Origin: Chrysemys picta bellii
Taxonomy: Eukaryota
NCBI RefSeq assembly: GCF_011386835.1
Contig: NC_088791.1
Coordinates: 260,028,001 to 260,092,000 of the forward strand
Direction: 5' to 3'
Length of the DNA stretch: 64,000 bases
Part shown: piece after piece, positions 51,830 to 64,000 of the stretch
Numbering within the stretch: the first letter of the stretch is position 1
Layout: each line of letters begins with the position of its first letter
Program-made: the position numbers and the translations under genes
Notes under the pieces: model-generated
Told to the model about the DNA's origin: nothing
Database searches by the model: none
The model's input: the letters and a program-made list of their open reading frames with translations, nothing else

Positions 51830-51960
51830 AAATGAGCCACTCCACATTTACTGCCTGTTCCTTCAAGGCCTTGCATAACTTTGTCCCTTGCAATCTCTCC
51901 ACCTATCTTCTCATCATGTTTCTCTCTCTACTGTGCCAACACCAACCCTGATGCCAGGTT
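51830..51960 (+). mobile_element. Probable L2 fragment
   Basis: Remnant ...FKALHNFVPCNLS resembles L2 FKALHNLAPxYLS. Confidence 0.4.
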
Positions 51961-52298
51961 GTCTGTGATTACTAACCTTTATGTGCATCAGTTCAGCCCA
52001 ACTTCAGCAATATAAAAATGTTGCTGAAATTCTGCTCTGGCTAATGAGGATAAATCTGGAGTAATGTAACTGACTTCAATGTAATTATTCCAAATTTATA
52101 CCGATGTAAGCAAGAATAGAATTTGGAGACATTAACACACTATATAAGATCAAAAGTTTGACTGATTTGTATGGGAACAGTGTTTTTTTACAGGATCAAC
52201 AACTTTAATTTTCAGCTTTATAGCTGTATTTTTGGCATAGTAAAAACATAAGAAGAGAAGGTTGATTATGGATTTTTCATGCTAGATAGTAGCAACCC

Positions 52299-52416
52299 AG
52301 TGGGCTGTAGTCCACGAAAGCTTATGCTCTAATAAATTTGTTAGTCTCTAAGGTGCCACAAGTACTCCTGTTCTTCTTTTTGCGGATACAAACTAACACG
52401 GCTGCTACTCTGAAAC
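52299..52416 (+). mobile_element. Penelope-like family B terminus (hammerhead CUGANGA half truncated)
   Basis: gtgggctgtagtccacGAAAGCTTATGC...gttagtctctaaggtgccacaag...aactaacacggctgctactctgaaac. Confidence 0.85.
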
Positions 52417-53390
52417 CAATCTATATTGCTTTGGAGAAACATGATATGACAGCTGTCAGGGTTCAGGTAAACTACACTTGTATTCCTCCTCTGTGGTAAT
52501 CCCCTTTAAATGCCTCTCAGTTGGAGTGAATGGCTCAGGAGGAGAAAATTATCACCATATTTATATAACGCAAATTTCAGGTTCTAGGAATACAACATAT
52601 AAATACAAATATATCAACTCTAGAGGCTTGTTTGTATCTATGTATCTTAGCTCAAACAACACCAACAATATCAATAATTTGCCAGGTAATCTGAATATGA
52701 TCCAATGTCCATTGAAGTCAATAGGGGTCTTTCCAGAGACTTCAATAGACGTTGGATAGGTCCTTAATCACTAATATGTCCCAATAAATTTAGCCATTTA
52801 AAGAAAGAAAATGTTGACAACAGAATAGATTTTATATGGCTGAGCTATTTAAATTTGTTATAATCTGATGGAGGAACACATGGAATATTTTATCAACAAA
52901 ACCAAATTTTCATTGTAAGTAGCTGCTATTTTTGAGCCTCACAAAAAAGAACAGATTTTGTTCTTTTTTGGCTGGATGTGCAAGAGAAAAACCAACAACT
53001 ATTATTCCCAGAGCTGTCCTGATATCAGTGGACAATGCTGGTACAGAAATAAGCATGTTGTGGCATGATAGAAGCAGGTGGTAATTAAATTGATATGTTT
53101 GTTCCTATTAAACAAAATCAGCCAGGTCACTTTCAGCTCAATTCTAAACACAGAGGAGAAAAATCAATGTTTGTCAAATGGAACAGGACAAAATCCATCG
53201 AGGGAAATTAATTTTCATGTTTCCCAAAGAGTACTATAGACAATGGGGAGACAGAAAGGCATTAAATACTGTTCTAAAAATTGACTCAGCACTGGCCATT
53301 TACCTAAGCCATTATGTGCACTTGCCTTTTATTTTTCCAAGCTCAAGGCTCTCATATTGATGTGCTACTCCTGGATCTCATTCACTAGAA

Positions 53391-53701
53391 CGGGTGTAGG
53401 CCACCTATGGCACGCATGCCAAAGGCAGCACGCGAGCTGATTTTCAGTGGCACTCACACTGCCTGGGTCCTGGCCACCGGTCCGGGGGGCTCTGCATTTT
53501 AATTTAATTTTAAAGGAAGCTTCTTAAACATTTTAAAAACCTTGTTTACTTTACATACAACAATAGTTTAGTTATATATTACAGACTTATAGAAAGAGAC
53601 CTTCTAAAAACGTTAAAATGTATTACTGGCACGCGAAACCTTAAATTACAGTGAATAAATGAAGACTTGGCACCCCACTTCTGAAAGGTTGCCAACCCCG
53701 A
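53391..53701. mobile_element. hAT (Buster/Charlie-type) MITE
   Basis: Perfect TSD CACTAGAA; degenerate TIRs CGGGTGTAGGCCACC / GGTTGCCAACCCCGA. Confidence 0.85.
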
Positions 53702-53869
53702 CACTAGAAGTGGGAAGCTCTTTCACAGGCAGTTAGGACTGCTGATGTTAAACTCAATAAGTTTCAGTTAAGATCTGGACAAAGCTTTAGACACATTTCA
53801 TCGGCTCATAACTTTCTGTAGTGCTGTGGGAAATGATAAAAATTAATAAAATAAACTATGATACTAGTT

Positions 53870-54080
53870 TGCATATTTAGTGTCTTCCAATCAAGGGACT
53901 CAAATGGCTTTTGAATATTTATGAATTCAGACTCCCAACACCCCTGGGAAACAGGTAAGTACTATTGTTTCCATTTTCCTTTGAGCAAACCGAGGCAGAG
54001 AAAGGTTAAGTTGCAGTATTCAGTACTTTCCAAAGGTCTATGGCAGAGGTGGAAATAGAACCTATATCTCTGGTTCCAGT
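53870..54080 (-). mobile_element. MIR/CORE-SINE-like fragment
   Basis: cccctgggaaacaggtaagtactattgtttccatttt...aaaccgaggcagagaaaggttaag...gaggtggaaatagaacc. Confidence 0.55.
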
Positions 54081-55949
54081 CATGTACTTAACAATAAGAT
54101 TGGAACTAGGCAAGGAGTGGAAACATTTATTCCTGATCACAGTCACTAATTTCAACTCACATTTGTTTTTTTCCTTTTCTCCAAACATTTATGTGGCCAA
54201 TGTTTACTTACACAAATGTCATTGGAAGAGCTTTTTACTCATGGACAAATAAGGATATTGGTACCGGAGGGCTTGCCCAGCCACATCATATGCACACACA
54301 ATTACATGACAGGAATATGACAAGAGAAAAGAATAAATATTAGAGTCTATCAGATATGTGTAAATAGCCAATAAACCCAGTAAATATATTTCTCTTTCCC
54401 TTAGTCAGGAAGGAACCTAATTGTTTTTAAAGCTAGGTTCCTAGGACAGGACAGGAAAGGTTATTAAGTAGCTTTACATTTCCTAGGTTTGCTAATGTCT
54501 TGCTATCCCCTCTCCCTAAAGCTATTTCCACCATCTCCCTGAAAGAATGGGTGCCCCAAATGATTTATCCAGGCACTGCTTTTATTGGTGAAGGCTAGAC
54601 CATCTAATCAGAGAACAGAAACCATACCATGCGAATCAGGCAGCCAGTCGCAAACACTACATGCCAAATTCAGAATAACAAATACTGAAGGAGTACTTGC
54701 TATGAAACGTTAGTAATGGTTTATGTTTAAAAACAACATATGGAACTAACAAGGCATGGGCTTATCAGCACCCTCACCACTCTGCTTGTATGTTGTATCC
54801 CTTTTCCGCTCCCTTCATAGGGCTTAGGCCTTTTTATATTTTAAAATATTCAGGGTATGGACTGTGTCTTCCTCTGTGTTTGGAAGGTGCCTAGAAAGCT
54901 TTGGATACTACCACAGTTTAAATAATAAAAAGAGATATCTAATAATCAGACTAGAGATATCAATTTATCAGCCTCCTGTATGCTTCTCAGTGAACCCTTG
55001 CATGAAAACTGATTACCTTTAAAATGAAAAAAAAAAAAATCTAGTTGAAAAATAAATGATATTTTGTCCTTTTTATTTGTCAAGCAGGAAGAGATAAGGA
55101 TAAATGCGGATCAATTGCTTACTGCACAAAGAGCACATGAAACTAGACACAATTCTGGGAGCATTCGAGCTCCACAAATATTTTTTGCATGTTTGAAATT
55201 TGGGCTGATAAAATGACAGACAGAATGCAATAGGAGTGTCATGATTTCCTCTGGGTGATTAGGAGAAGCTCCCCACAGTATAGGAAAACAGCCCCACTCT
55301 TTTACCTCTAGAGTACACACCAACGGTGCAAATTAATCCTGAAAGCAGAGGACGCTCAAGAGAAGATTCATTTGTTCAAGCCTTTTTATATTCCTTTAGA
55401 AACAAATGTTATTTTCCCTATTCCGAAAATGTACATGACATTATTTAGCCAGGGTATTCCAGAGTGTCTCTCCCTTGTGTAGTGTTTCTTCTTCTTTGAA
55501 GGAATCTGCCCTCTGAGAGAAATACTAGTGTAACACAATTATTTATTCAGCCACCTCTAGGACATCCTATTTGATTGGCAGATTGTACAGAATAAGAGAA
55601 GGATCACAGTATATACTAGGCCAAGCACTTTAACCAGCAGCTTGTAGAGTGTGACACACACACACTGGTCCATTTCACAAAAGACTTTAAAAAGTTTTGA
55701 TTTTATTCCAATTTGGTCAGCTCTAACTAGTTTCCTGCTGCAGGATAAGATACATATGAAGCTTAGCTTAGATTTTCCTGTTTTTAACAGTCACTGAGCT
55801 CTTTTAAAGAGGATACAAAGCTGCAGTGTTTTCTCTCTTCAGCACATAGACAATTTAAAAGTTCCCCATGTATCACTGGAAGGGTTACAGTATATTATAT
55901 TCCAGTAGGAAATTAATACTGTCAATTTCACTTGTGTCACATTTCTCCC

Positions 55950-56580
55950 TGTGATGGGTGTCCACCCCACACAAGCCCTGAGTTGGTTAATGAAGGCCAG
56001 AAGAGGCCAATTAACTTTATATGCTGCCCCTGGAGGGAAGCCAGGGATTAATAAACACTACAGATGAATCCCAGCTGGGGGAGGAGCTGGGCTAGGAGGA
56101 TAAAACCAAGAAGTGAGGCCAAGAGGCAAGGCAGTCCCTAGGGAGGTGCAGGGTCCAGGCCATCCCTTTCTGCCCCTCAGGCCTGGGCCCTGCCCCCACT
56201 CCACCCCTTCCCTTAAGCCCCTGCCCAGCCTCTTCCTGCCCCTGCTACACCCCTTCCCTGCCCCCATTCTACTCCGTCTGCCAAGCCCCCGCCCTGCCTC
56301 TTTCTGGCTTTCACCCCTCCCCCGAGTGATGCCAGGTGCCAGCGGAGAGGAGCAGGACAGACTGGGGCTGGGTTGCTCTTTGCTGCTGGTGCCAGGCCCC
56401 CCGCTAACCCCTCAGGCCCCCCTGGACCTTTCATCTTGTAGTGTGGGGTCCCCCAAAGTGCAGGGCCCAGGGCGGTTGCCCTGGTCTGTCCTATGGATGG
56501 GATGGCTCTACCAAGAGGGGCAAGGCAGGCTAGGCTAAGGGCTGGAAGAAGGCTGGCTCCTGTTGAGCTATACTTTTGGA
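55950..56580. mobile_element. Gypsy-like LTR 5' part with a GC-rich MITE-like core (~56160-56430)
   Basis: Starts TGTGATGGGTG; right end not recognisable before the LINE begins. Confidence 0.4.
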
Positions 56581-56589
56581 GGGAGCTGG

Positions 56590-57450
56590 AGAATATAATG
56601 GAGGAGATAGCAGAGGAGAAGACTGGTTACAGGTTAGGAAAAAGAAAAGAGTGGACATGCCAGAGCTAGAAGAAAAATCACTAGTCAAGGATGTAACAAT
56701 AGGGGATATAAACCCTCTGAAAGTGACAGAGTGAATGATAAAAAAGTGCTCGAGACATAGAAAAAACTAGAAAGCTACAAGGAGGAAATTAATCAAATGT
56801 AAAAGCAAAGAACAGCTGGGGAAACTATTAAAGATCAAATTATTAAGAAAGCTGCCAACTGCCTTAGTATCTGACAGAGACAAGAGAAGTTGCAAATGGG
56901 GTGATGATCAAAATGACTGAAGATGAAGTAAAGTAAGGCATAAAGGATGATAAGGTATTATATGCTAAGCAGCTAATTACCAAGAGAGGAATGGCGGGTT
57001 CAGGGGGGTGGGGGGGAATTGTGGTCAACAGCTGTGGTAATTGCATTTAAAGGAGAAACATCTCCAGATAGAGTAACAATAGGATACCAGATGTTTTTGG
57101 ACAAAACCATATATCCAACCTCCAGTCAGGTGCTGCAGATGCCAAAGGTTTAAGCATGTGGCAAATATATGTAAAGGGAAAAATTAGACGTAGTAAATAT
57201 GGAAGGGAGTACTGTTGTGACAATTGTATGAAGGGGACAGAATTAAAATGTAGCAACTATGGAGAAAAACACAGTGCAGCATTTGAAGTTATAGTAGCAA
57301 AGGAAGCAAGAGAGATACAAAAAACAAAAGTTACAAATAGCTTATCCTATGCGGAAGTTACTAGGAAACATCTAAGACCATAAGAGGAATGCAAACACAG
57401 TAGGGAGAAAGAGGTAAATACACAACAGAATAAATCAATGGCTATAATGA
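56590..57450 (+). pseudogene. ORF1 (gag-like, CCHC zinc knuckles) remnant of the Nimb-like LINE
   Basis: ...FKGETSPDRVTIGY...PPVRCCRCQRFKHVANICKGKIRRSKYGREY...CSNYGEKHSAAFEVIVAKEAREIQKTKVTNSLSYAEV. Confidence 0.8.
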
Positions 57451-57761
57451 GTGATACAGGGGAAATAGGAGAAGACATACTATGTATAGACAAAGAGAGG
57501 TTTATAGCATTTAGGAGTACAGTGAAAAACTGTACTTCACAGGCAGGGGAAAAAAATAGAGAAAATGAAAATGATAGTTAAAAGCAGTAGAAAAGTACCT
57601 ACATGTGAGCAACATATCAGTAGAACAACTTCATGCCTTTTTCAGTGAAGGAAATACTGAAAGATAAATAGAATGGTACTATTTACTGTTGGACTGCATG
57701 CAGCCTAATAGCAAATGGAAAGGAACTAAAGAAAAATATCCTTGAAAAGGATACTAAACCT

Positions 57762-58873
57762 TGTGGAAGTCTGTAACCCTATTTCACCCCTTTTACAAGA
57801 CTGTTAAATTTTGCACAAAGCATACTGTGTAAGGTTTCATTTGAAAACTCATGATTTCCTGATCATTATTTTTCTGGTAAAATATGTGTGACAACATTGT
57901 ATGTAAAGATATAAGATTCCACTGTATAATATTACCAACACATTCTGGAGGGCAGTCACTAACAAGTTTCCATGAGCCAAAAGGCTAGCCAATGCCTCAG
58001 CCAGGTATCAACATGATCAAGTGGACCATCACCTGATTAAGTGGCTACTCTTCGGCAGTAGAGAGGGTGTGGACAAAGAACCTACATTTGGACAAAGAAA
58101 CAGCTTAAACATTGTCTCCTGATCATCAGTTGGAGATGGGTCTTGCACTAGAGAAAGGGCTATAAGAGGAGGGAGAAGATGTCCCCAGTTATTTCTCCCT
58201 TGTTCTCTACCCACAGAATCGCCAACACCCGAAGAACAAAACAAGCAGCATTGAGGGGGCGGAAGTGGGGGGGGGGAGAAGGGGATATCCTGACTGAAAG
58301 AGGGTCAGTCAGTAAGACTGCTGGAATATGTGGTGAGGGAGACCTTTGCTTTGAATTCACTTAACCTTTAAGTTAGATATTAGTTGCACTTTACCTTTTT
58401 ATTTTCTTTGTAACCAAGTCTGACTTATGTGCCTCATTACTTGTAGTCACTTAAAATCTATCTCTCCGTAGTTAATTTGTTTTATTGTTTTATCTAAACT
58501 AGTGTGTTTGGATTTAAGTGTTTGGAAAACTCCATTTGAGATAAGATTTGTGCATATCATTTTCTAGTAATAAATGACAGTCTTTATATGAGCTTGTATT
58601 CTCCAGGAGAGAGCTGGGCAGCACAAGACGCACACTTCTGGGGGAAAGTCTGGGAGTGGGAGTTTGCTGGTGCTGCCCTGCTGTGTAATTCCTGGGTGCT
58701 GGTTAAAGCACTCATACAGTATAGCTGGCAGTGATTTGCATGCTGAAGGCTGTGTATGAGCAGAGTAGGAGTGGTTGCTCTCATAGCGAAGAATGGTAGA
58801 AGGCACCCCTGGCTGGAGAATTGAGGGGACACAGCTGTCCATCAGTTCAGATTGTACCCTGAGTAATCACACA
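57762..58873 (+). mobile_element. Solo LTR inserted in the APE domain of the Nimb-like LINE (family of 3697-4791)
   Basis: TGTGGAAG...AATCACACA. It splits ...KDTKP from ICI*ETWL and is colinear with 3697-4791. Confidence 0.85.
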
Positions 58874-59463
58874 TTTGCATATAAGAAACATGGTTAATAG
58901 GAAAACTAGATTTCAGAATCCCAGGATATGGCATCTATAGGCAAGACAGAGAAATAGGAAGGGGAGAGAGAAGTTGTACATTCCTTAAGGGAAATTTCAA
59001 TTATCTTTCAACGAGGTGAAGAAACTTAATGTAGAGTATAATGCTATCAAGATTCCAATGCAGAATAAATCATATATAATGTATACAACCCCATTAATAG
59101 AGATTAAGGATTTGACAAGATAGTTGGAGATGCAACAGGCCCATATATTATATGTGGCATCCTAAACGTCATAATTGATTGTGGGGAAAGTGGAAAAAAT
59201 GATAAGAACAGCAAATGTCTAAAACAATTCATTGATGAAAATAATTTAGTAATACTGAATGATGGTACACTCACTAAGTATAATGCAGCCAATGGAAATC
59301 TCTCCTGTATAGATCTTGGAATTGTATCAAGTAGGATAGCAAACAAATTCAGCTGGGAAGCTGATAAAGAGGAGGCAATGGGAAGTGAGCACTTCCCAGT
59401 ACTTATACTTTATCAAGGTAAAGGCAATGTTGAGGATGGAGGAAGGCCCCCTACTTGGTATAC

Positions 59464-59464
<1 letters not shown>

Positions 59465-59495
<31 letters not shown>
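59465..59495. repeat. Poly-A tract (A31) inside LINE ORF2
   Basis: Direct reading. Confidence 0.9.
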
Positions 59496-59497
<2 letters not shown>

Positions 59498-60396
59498 AAA
59501 CTAGGAGCTGTTTAGAAGCAAATACAATGAAAATATTAATGAATAATGTATAAGTGATGACATTCAGGAATTTAGTAGTAATATAAGGGAATCGTGATGG
59601 CAACAATGCTAGGTATACCTAAGATATCAAGTCACCCTAAAGGTAGAAAATATGTACCTCAGTGGAATGAGGAGTGTAAAAACACAAGTAAAAGAGAGGA
59701 AGCAGGCACACAGGAAAGCAAAATATACAATGAACACTGAGGACTTAATGAAATATAAAAGAAAGAAGGCAATTGCACAAAGGGCTATTAAAAAAGCAAA
59801 TGAAGCTGGAGAAAGTATGTGGGAAAATAAAGATATTAAAACTTCAGAGATATTCCATTCTTTTTCCTAATCTGCTCCTTTATATAGGCAAGAGCAATTT
59901 TGTACAAGGCCTCATTGTAGAAGGTAAAGGGATTAAAAGATCAAATGAAGAAAAAGCAGAATCCCTAGCAGAAATATTCCACAACATTAGTAATAAAAAT
60001 CAGATCGTAGAAATCCAGATAAGCAAAAATATTAAAGAGAATAATGAGAACTGGAAGAAGTGAGAGGAAGATGAGGATACAATATTAAATGAAAACTTCA
60101 TTTTGAGGGAATGTCAAAAAGGTAGAGATAAAAGCAAAAACTCTGTACCAGACAAAGGTGGCATATAGAACAAAATGTTAAAATACCTGGATAAAGGAAC
60201 TCTGAAAATACTGCTAAAACTATACAACAGTGTATGGGAAACAGGTGAGCTACCAGTGGAGTGGAAACATGTGGTTGTAATCCCAGGGTGGAAACCAGGG
60301 AAGCTGTGAACAAGACCTGATGCATAAGACCCACTGCTTTACATCACATATGGGTAAAGTAATGGAAAGAATGGTGACTGAAAAGTTAACAACAAA

Positions 60397-61136
60397 GGGC
60401 ATGTCTACACTTGCAGATGTAGAGCGCTGTGAGTTAAACCCGCCTTCGTAGAGCGCAGTAGGGAAAGCGCTGCAGTCTGTCCACACTGACAGCTTCAAGT
60501 GCACTGGCATGGCCACATTTGCGGCACTAGCAGCAGCATTGGGAGCGGTGCATTATGGGCAGCTATCCCAGCATGCAAGTGACTGCAACGTGCTTTTCAA
60601 ATGGGGGTGGGGTGGGGTGGAGTGTGACAGGGAATGTGTTGTGTGTATGTGGAGGGAGAGTGAGTAGGTTTTTGGGGTGCTGAGAGTGTGTCAGCATGCT
60701 GTCTTGTAAGTTCAGATCCCCCTTCCCCCCTCCTCTCACTCACTCACTCACTCAGTCAAAGCAAACAGTAAATGTTTGCTTTTCCTTGCAGCTGATAAGC
60801 AGCCGGCTTCTCCGAAATGGAGCTTTGAAAGGGCATTTCCGCATTCCTGCAGCCGATTTCACAACAATGACAAGAGTGGCCACTTGACTTAAGGGGATTA
60901 TGGGATGTTTCTGGAGGCTGATCACAGCGCAGTAATGCAACACCTCGTTCACACTGGCACTGCGGCGCTCCAGCGGGGGCGCAGCAAGCGTTATTCCATT
61001 CGCCGAGGTGGAGTAACAGCAGCGCTGTAGCTGCAGAGTCAGAGAACTCTATGTGCCTTGCCAGTGTGGACGGGGAATGAGCTAGGATGCCCGAGGCTGC
61101 TTTATTGCGCTGTAACTCGCAAGTGTAGCCAAGGTC
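60397..61136. mobile_element. Harbinger-type non-autonomous DNA transposon (~740 bp) inserted in the RT domain
   Basis: GGGCATGTCTACACT / AGTGTAGCCAAGGTC termini; RT reading resumes afterwards (LERNGL..SGFRRG). Confidence 0.85.
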
Positions 61137-63224
61137 ATAGTTAGAGAGAAATGGACTTACAGACATGTAGAGTGGGTTCAGGAGGGGAAGGAGTACAGTT
61201 GATCATATAGTAAGAGTAGAGATGGAGCACAAAACAGAATGAAAAATAAAGAATATAGGATAGTAGCTGTCCTAGATATTGAAAAAGCATATGCTATGTT
61301 ATGGAGAGAGAGTGTATTGCATAAAATAGCACACTGGGCATAAAAGGAAGTATATATATAGGTGGATGAAGAATTTCTTAAGTAAAAGAACTATGCAGGT
61401 CAGAGTAAGGAAAGCATAGATAGAATCACAAACAGCTCTGCATAGGGGAGTGTCATCAGCACTACTTTTTTCAACTTCATTAGATAAATGATCTCCTGAA
61501 AAAGGTGAGTGCAGGAACAGGCACACCCTTGTTTGCAGATGATTGTGCCACTCAAAACATAAAGTAGGAAATAGCTAAGATGCGAATTAATGAAGCACTT
61601 CAGAAAAATGTGGAATGGGGAAATGTGGGGATTTAAATTTTCAATTCTCAAAACTAAAGGAATGAACGTCACTAAAAGGAAAATTTAAAAAATGTAAACT
61701 GTCTCTCTATGAACAGCAAATAGGAATAGTTACAAGCTACAAATCCCTAGGTGTGACATTTGATAGCAAACGAACATGGAAGGATCACACTGAAAATATT
61801 GTAGATAAATGGAAAGGTGAACTTAATCTACTTAATAGTAATTCTGGAACCACCCAGAGTGCAGCTAAGAAAGCAATGGTAATGCTTTATAGAGTGTTAA
61901 TAAGACCAAATATTGAGTACAGGTGCCAAGCGTTTAGTCCAGCATCAAAAATGAATTTAATGAATCCAAGGCCAGGCATTTCACATTGCATGTGGTGCCC
62001 TCATCACAAAACCTGTGTGTGTAATGGAGATAGCTGCTGCTGAAATACCTGTAGTGTTAAGAATGAAGTTATTGGACTTAACCCTTTTGACAAAAGTTTT
62101 AGGAAACAGGGAAGATGGAAACATTAAAAAATATGAAAAATGCTGGGAAATCAGTGGGCAACATGGCAGGGGAGGAAGACCCCAAATGCCTGATGTCAAT
62201 AGGATTAAAGTGTGCACTAAGGAACCAGGAGAAAAGAAGGACCTAAAAGAAATTTGCATATATAGCCATGGGAAAATCATGTTCCCTGATATAAATATGA
62301 AACTATATAATGAAATTAAAAGGGGGAAAGGAGAGATAAATATATTAAATTTAGCAAATCGATATACATGTGATAAATGGGGCAAACATTGCCAGATATT
62401 TATGGATGGGTCTAAAGATGAAAAAGAAAACAAAACAGGACCATGGGGACAGCATTGTGTGTCCCAAGACTTAGTATAATGGATTTCTTAATTCTATCAA
62501 ATTTTGTAGCCGTTCTGATGGCCGAACTAGCAGGAACTAGCAGGGATGCTGGATGACCTACCTCCATCTTGTCGCTATCAGGATTACTGGTTATCACAAA
62601 TGGGAATTTAGACAACAGAAATTATATAACTGATGAAATATTACCAACAACAGAATTGGCACAGATGGAAGTAAGCATTGAAATAGCATAGATCCCAGTG
62701 CATGTTAGGATAGCAGGAGATGGCTCCCATAGTAACAAAAAATGAAAAAAATCACTTAGAGGAATCTCGATGTCAAGCAGGAATTTTAAAATTAAAACTG
62801 AACTGAGAGAGGAGTGGCAGGAAGTATGGACAAAAAACAACCAAGGGGGAAAAGATTTAATGGTGTATGCCCTAGAACAGAAAATGCTGACACATAGCAA
62901 GAAACTTGAGAGAAAGAGGGAGGCTACTCTACCTCAAATATTTACTGTATGCTGTGGCTTAAATAGTAACTTGGCCTTAACAAACACAAAGACGGGCTAC
63001 ATGAGGCATGCCAGGTCAAAGAAACGGGTGATCGCATCCTTTGGGAGTGTAAAGAGTGTAATACTGATAGGAAGATTTAGTATGAGAAACTCATCCACCT
63101 AAAAGTGACAAAGTTTATACTAAAATATCCTGTAAGAGCATCAGGAAAATGGGGCAACATGAAGAAAGCAATATTACAATTTTTAAAAAATACTGTGAAG
63201 AGAGAAAGAGAGAGACTGTAACTG

Positions 63225-63930
63225 TATAGACCCATAGGACTGGAAGGGACCTTGAGAGGTCATCTAGTCCAGTCCCCTGCACTCAAGGCAGGACTAAGTA
63301 TTATCTAGACCGTCCCTGACAGGTGTTTGTCTAACCTGCTCTTTAAAATCTCCAATGACAGGGATTCCAGAGCCTCTCAAGGCAATTTATTCCAGTTCTT
63401 AACCACCCTGACAGGAAGTTTTTTCTAATGTCCAACTTAAGCTGCCTTGCTGCAATTTAAACCCATTGCTTCTTGTCCTATTGTCAGAGGTTAAGAAGAA
63501 ATTTTTTTCTCCCTCCTCCTTGTAACAACCTTTTATGTACTTGAAAACTGTTATGTGCCCCCTCAGTCTTCAGACTAAACCAGGGGTCGGCAACCTTTGG
63601 CACACAGCTCACCAGGGTAAGCACTCTGGCGGGCTGGGCCGGTTTGTTTACCTGCTGCATCTTCAGGTTTGGCTGATCGCAGCTCCGACTGACCGCGGTT
63701 CGCCACTCCAGGCCAATGGGGATGGTGGGAAGCAGCAACGAGTACATCCCTCGGCCTGTGCTGCTTTCCACAGCCCCCATTGGCCTGGGACGGCGAACTG
63801 CGGCCAGTGGGAGCCGTGATCGGCCGAACCTGCGAGCTGCGTGCCAAAGGTTGCTGACCCCTGGACTAAACAAACACATTTTTTTCTATCTTCCCCCATA
63901 GGTCATATTTTCTAGACCTTTAATCATTTT
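63225..63930 (-). mobile_element. CR1 LINE 3' fragment
   Basis: tatagacccataggactggaagggaccttgagaggtcatctagtcc... is the reverse complement of the CR1 3' end; continues with RFKLDIRKK-like coding on the minus strand. Confidence 0.9.
63581..63863. mobile_element. hAT MITE nested in CR1
   Basis: CAGGGGTCGGCAACC / GGTTGCTGACCCCTG; perfect TSD GACTAAAC. Confidence 0.93.
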
Positions 63931-64000
63931 TCAGAGGGGTAGCCGTGTTAGTCTGAATCTGTAAAAAGCAACAGAGGGTCCTGTGGCACCTTTGAGACTA
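63931..64000 (-). mobile_element. Penelope-like family B terminus running off the window, inserted in CR1
   Basis: tcagaggggtagccgtgttagtctgaatctgtaaaaagcaacagagggtcctgtggcacc is nearly identical to 29182-29245. Confidence 0.88.

Larger units (their letters stand above)
56580..63200 (+). mobile_element. Decayed near-full-length I-group (Nimb-like) non-LTR retrotransposon with RNase H
   Basis: ORF1 zinc-knuckle remnants plus ORF2 APE, RT, RNase H and C-terminal Zn motif in correct order across many stops and frameshifts (see sub-features). Confidence 0.88.
57672..63200 (+). pseudogene. ORF2 (APE endonuclease - RT - RNase H) remnant of the Nimb-like LINE
   Basis: WTACSLIANGKELKK..KP|ICI*ETWL..LDFRIPGY; LNDGT..SCIDL..GSEHFPV; LKLYNSVWETGELPVEWKH..KPGK; SGFRRGRSTVDH; LDIEKAY; LFADD; LGVTFDSKRTW; LIRPNIEY; IFMDGSK (RNase H); IPVHVRIAG; KETGDRILWEC; end ...QFLKNT. 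Confidence 0.88.

Overview
Vertebrate intronic DNA, almost certainly from a turtle (inferred from the repeat families). The window lies inside the glypican-6 gene (GPC6, minus strand) and contains two coding exons: 27038-27168 ([44 protein letters not shown]) and 19846-19989 ([48 protein letters not shown]), both with canonical AG/GT sites. The rest is intron, densely filled with transposons: CR1 and L2 LINE fragments, a tRNA-derived CR1-tailed SINE, an AmnSINE1, MIR-like pieces, solo LTRs, many hAT, Harbinger and Tigger MITEs with readable TSDs, and Penelope termini. Highlights: (1) an inverted pair of ~140-150 bp (AAG)-tailed unclassified elements bracketing the in-frame exon 6; (2) a decayed ~6.6 kb near-full-length Nimb/I-group LINE (gag-like ORF1, APE, RT, RNase H) with nested insertions; (3) Penelope termini with minimal hammerhead-ribozyme motifs, one forming an ~86-bp-arm palindrome. 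All calls are by eye without database searches; family names for repeats are from recalled consensus features, and boundaries without a TSD are approximate. Most ORFs in the supplied track are spurious or TE-derived.
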